A stretch of 64,000 nucleotides of DNA from Balanoglossus misakiensis. Its lineage: Eukaryota > Animalia > Hemichordata. The stretch lies in contig CM082591.2 of NCBI GenBank assembly GCA_040954595.2, positions 7,926,047 through 7,990,046 on the forward strand, in the 5' to 3' direction. The notes beneath the pieces were generated by a model. That model saw only the letters and a program-made list of their open reading frames with translations, made no database searches and was not told where the DNA came from. Of the stretch, positions 61,166 through 64,000 are shown in pieces. The translations under genes were made by a program, and so were the position numbers. How positions within the stretch are numbered: position 1 is the stretch's first letter; each line of letters opens with the position of its first letter.

Positions 61166-63507
61166 GCAACTCCTCAGTCACCACTCTCAGCATCCAGACT
61201 CCAATTCAGGTCAGGTAATCGGAACAGCACATATTTTTTTTATTTGGTCTAAGTTACTTGACCCTCACAGAAATGTGATATCTGCCTTCTATTTTTAGCT
61301 TCACTGTCAATGACATGGAACTTATCAGTAGGTTGATTGTCTGGCATCATTTGTATGTCTGTACAGTACGTCCATCAATAATTGACTTCTTAAAGACTGC
61401 AGGTCAAACAGTTTTGTAATTTTGGTGTAAAGGTTACCATTGGGGTGATCTGAGTCAGATTTGTAAAATTTTGTCATAATTTGCAAATTTGCATATTTAT
61501 GAGTCGAGTTTTGTGGGTTTTGGTGAAAAAAAAAATATCTTCTCTGACACAAGCAGTTTGATTATTTCAAAATTTGGTGTGCAAGTTCCTAGGAGTGACC
61601 TTAATAATTTTGTTCAAATTGTGGTAAAATTTGCAATTTGAGGGCAATTTTAGCTGTTGGGTAGGACAATCTTCTCAGAAACTGTTTGTCCAATTCCTTA
61701 CATTGTCAGATGGGAGCATATATTGCCTTACAATTTGGTATGCAGGTCCAAGGGGTGCTCTAAGAGATAAATGTGATGGAATTTGTAATATTGTATTTTG
61801 TACATTTTTTTTCAACTTTTGGTTTAAAAAAAAGTCTTGAAAATTCCATGTGTGCAATTGGTTTGAACTCTGGTATGAAGGTCCCTGGTCAAATTTCTTT
61901 TAATTTTGACAAATTTTTCATTAGTATATTTTACGGGAAATTTGCCTTTGAACTCTGCTGTTTCAAGTTTGTCCAAGTCTCAAGAGAATTGTGCACTTAA
62001 TTCAGAAGCATTTTGAAAGTTCACAGTGGAGCAGTATCTGCCACATGGGGTGCAGGGTAGGGGGTGAGGGGGGGATGTCATCAAAGCAAATTCACTGACT
62101 TCCCCTCTCCAGGCTAGAGAAAATGACCAGTCCCTTACAGGGACTAAATCATCCACTATGTTGCTAGTTTCATGACATCTTCTGTAATGGGTGATGTAAC
62201 CTAATTTTTCAGTAAAATTAATCTGTATTGCAATTTATTTATTTATGATGTAATTGTCATGGTCAAGACTGGCTGTAAATTTATGATTTTCACATGGAAA
62301 TAAAAAGACATGACAAACCTGAAATTGTTTTCTATGTTTTAATTTGGTTTGTATGTAATTTGATTGTCCTTGTCATCATATCTGTGCTGCAGTTGTGAGA
62401 TCGATGGATTGTTCTAAGCTGGATAATTCGATTCTCAAAACAATGAGTACAGATCGTCAATGGACGCCATTTTGAAAATCACATGACTTCTCAATATTAA
62501 AAAGCCGAAAGGTTTGTGGTAAATTCCAAACCGATAATCGAAAAAGGCGCTCGTCAACGGATTTTTACGTTTACTATTTACATGAAAATGGCAACAAGAA
62601 CGAAAAAAATCGTAAGCATTTTGCAGGTCACTGTGGATAAAATTCCAGTGTCTGTTCAAACAAAAGAATGTAAAGTAATGACCGCTCCTATACAACCAAG
62701 CTACACATAAATACGTGTCGATATATCAAAATTCGCGTGAATAAATATGAAAAATCACTAAAACGCGACGTCAAATGATTTTCAGTTGTATTTTAAATCA
62801 CGCGTTACAAAAAATTCCCAGTAAATGCCATCTACTAGGCAAGCCAGAACGAACAAAAAATCGCTAGAAAATCGAGATTGACTAAAAGGGACTGTTCAGA
62901 ATTTAGTTCCAGGGTGGGACCAGAGGATTTTCCTGGTGACTTTTTTACATGCCCCCCCCCCCTAGTAAATTGTGGAGGAAATCTGTGGTCCCTCTTAAAT
63001 TTCCTAGGATTTCTCCATGGCCCCTCTAAAGGATTGTGATTTGTATGTCTGGTCCCCCCTAATTTTTCTTGGAGAAAATGGGTGCCCCCCCCCCGAAAAT
63101 CCTCCGCCCCCTGGAAGTAAATTCTGAACAGTCCCTTAAAGTTATTTATCAAAATACACCCAAGTTGAATATCCAATTCAATATAGCTGCTTTTGTCGCC
63201 ATAACAACAGAAGTCATTTACCAGTAAAATTATTAATCATTGTCTTCAAACGCTTATATGAGAATAAAATGAACATGTTGCAGGTCTGTTCTCAGTCAGT
63301 AGAGCCAATTCTCAGGATTGTAAACAACAAAAAGTAGAAACAAATGTTAGTTTTGTATTTCATACACTTATATTTCCACGAGGGTATGTCTACATGTCAA
63401 CCTGAATTGTCAGCTTAATTGATGAAGAATTGTGTTAATTTGACCTGTGAAGGTACTGTTTATGAATAAATATTAAAATAATTCCAAATGCTGTTTTGAC
63501 TTTATTA

Positions 63508-64000
63508 CTAGCACATGGATGTGTTTAAATGAAGCATTTTTGAAAGCCTTTGAATTTTATAACGTGGAAAATCCTGAAGAAAAAAAAAAGATATCTGGAT
63601 GGAAACTTGATCTAACCAATGAAGAAATCCTAGAATCTCAGTTGCTCATGCCTTGTGCATGAATGTAAGCATGATTAGCACATGGATGTGTTTGAATGAG
63701 GCATTTTTGAAAGCCTTTGAATTTTATAACGTGGAAAATCCTGAAGAAGAAAAAATATCTGGATGGAAACTTGATCTAACCAATGAAGAAATCCTAGAAT
63801 ATCAGTTGCTCATGCTTTGTGCATGAATGTAAAGCATGATTAGCACATGGATGTGTTTGAATGAAGCATTTTTGAAAGCCTTTGAATTTTATAACATGGA
63901 AAATCCTGAAGAAAAACAAAATATCTGGATGGAAACTTGATCTAACCAATGAAGAAATCCTAGAATCTCAGTTGCTCATGCTTTGTGCATGAATGTAAAG
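63508..64000. repeat. ~165-bp tandem repeat, truncated by the window end
   Basis: Same unit as 24050-25035. Confidence 0.95.

Overview
AT-rich, intron-containing animal (eukaryotic) genomic DNA; it looks like a marine invertebrate, but the species cannot be determined from the sequence. The main content is a head-to-tail tandem duplication (unit 1 ~430-16000, unit 2 ~16000-41830). Each unit carries an apparently intact 8-coding-exon minus-strand gene whose splice phases I assembled by hand (copy 1 = 1614 aa, copy 2 = 1867 aa). The predicted protein has 2 or 3 tandem copies of a ~140-aa glycosyltransferase N-lobe-like module, a GT-B/GT4-like glycosyltransferase, a TRADD-N-like domain, a linker, a coiled coil, a variable-number 36-aa repeat and a C-terminal NHL beta-propeller. 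The two paralogs are nearly identical in the enzyme domain but differ at equivalent loop positions of the NHL blades, which suggests a diversifying sensor-effector (immune/conflict) protein family. The right part (53.4-58.8 kb, + strand) holds the 3' exons of a GNPTAB homolog that appears damaged: one exon is 5'-truncated and fused to a LINE fragment, and the last exon has a +1 homopolymer frameshift. Its first visible splice acceptor is amplified ~21 times in a minisatellite. The DNA downstream of GNPTAB (59.7-64 kb) is duplicated at 19.6-25 kb. There are many non-autonomous transposons whose empty sites can be read in the other paralog. All domain and superfamily assignments come from visual motif recognition, not database searches.
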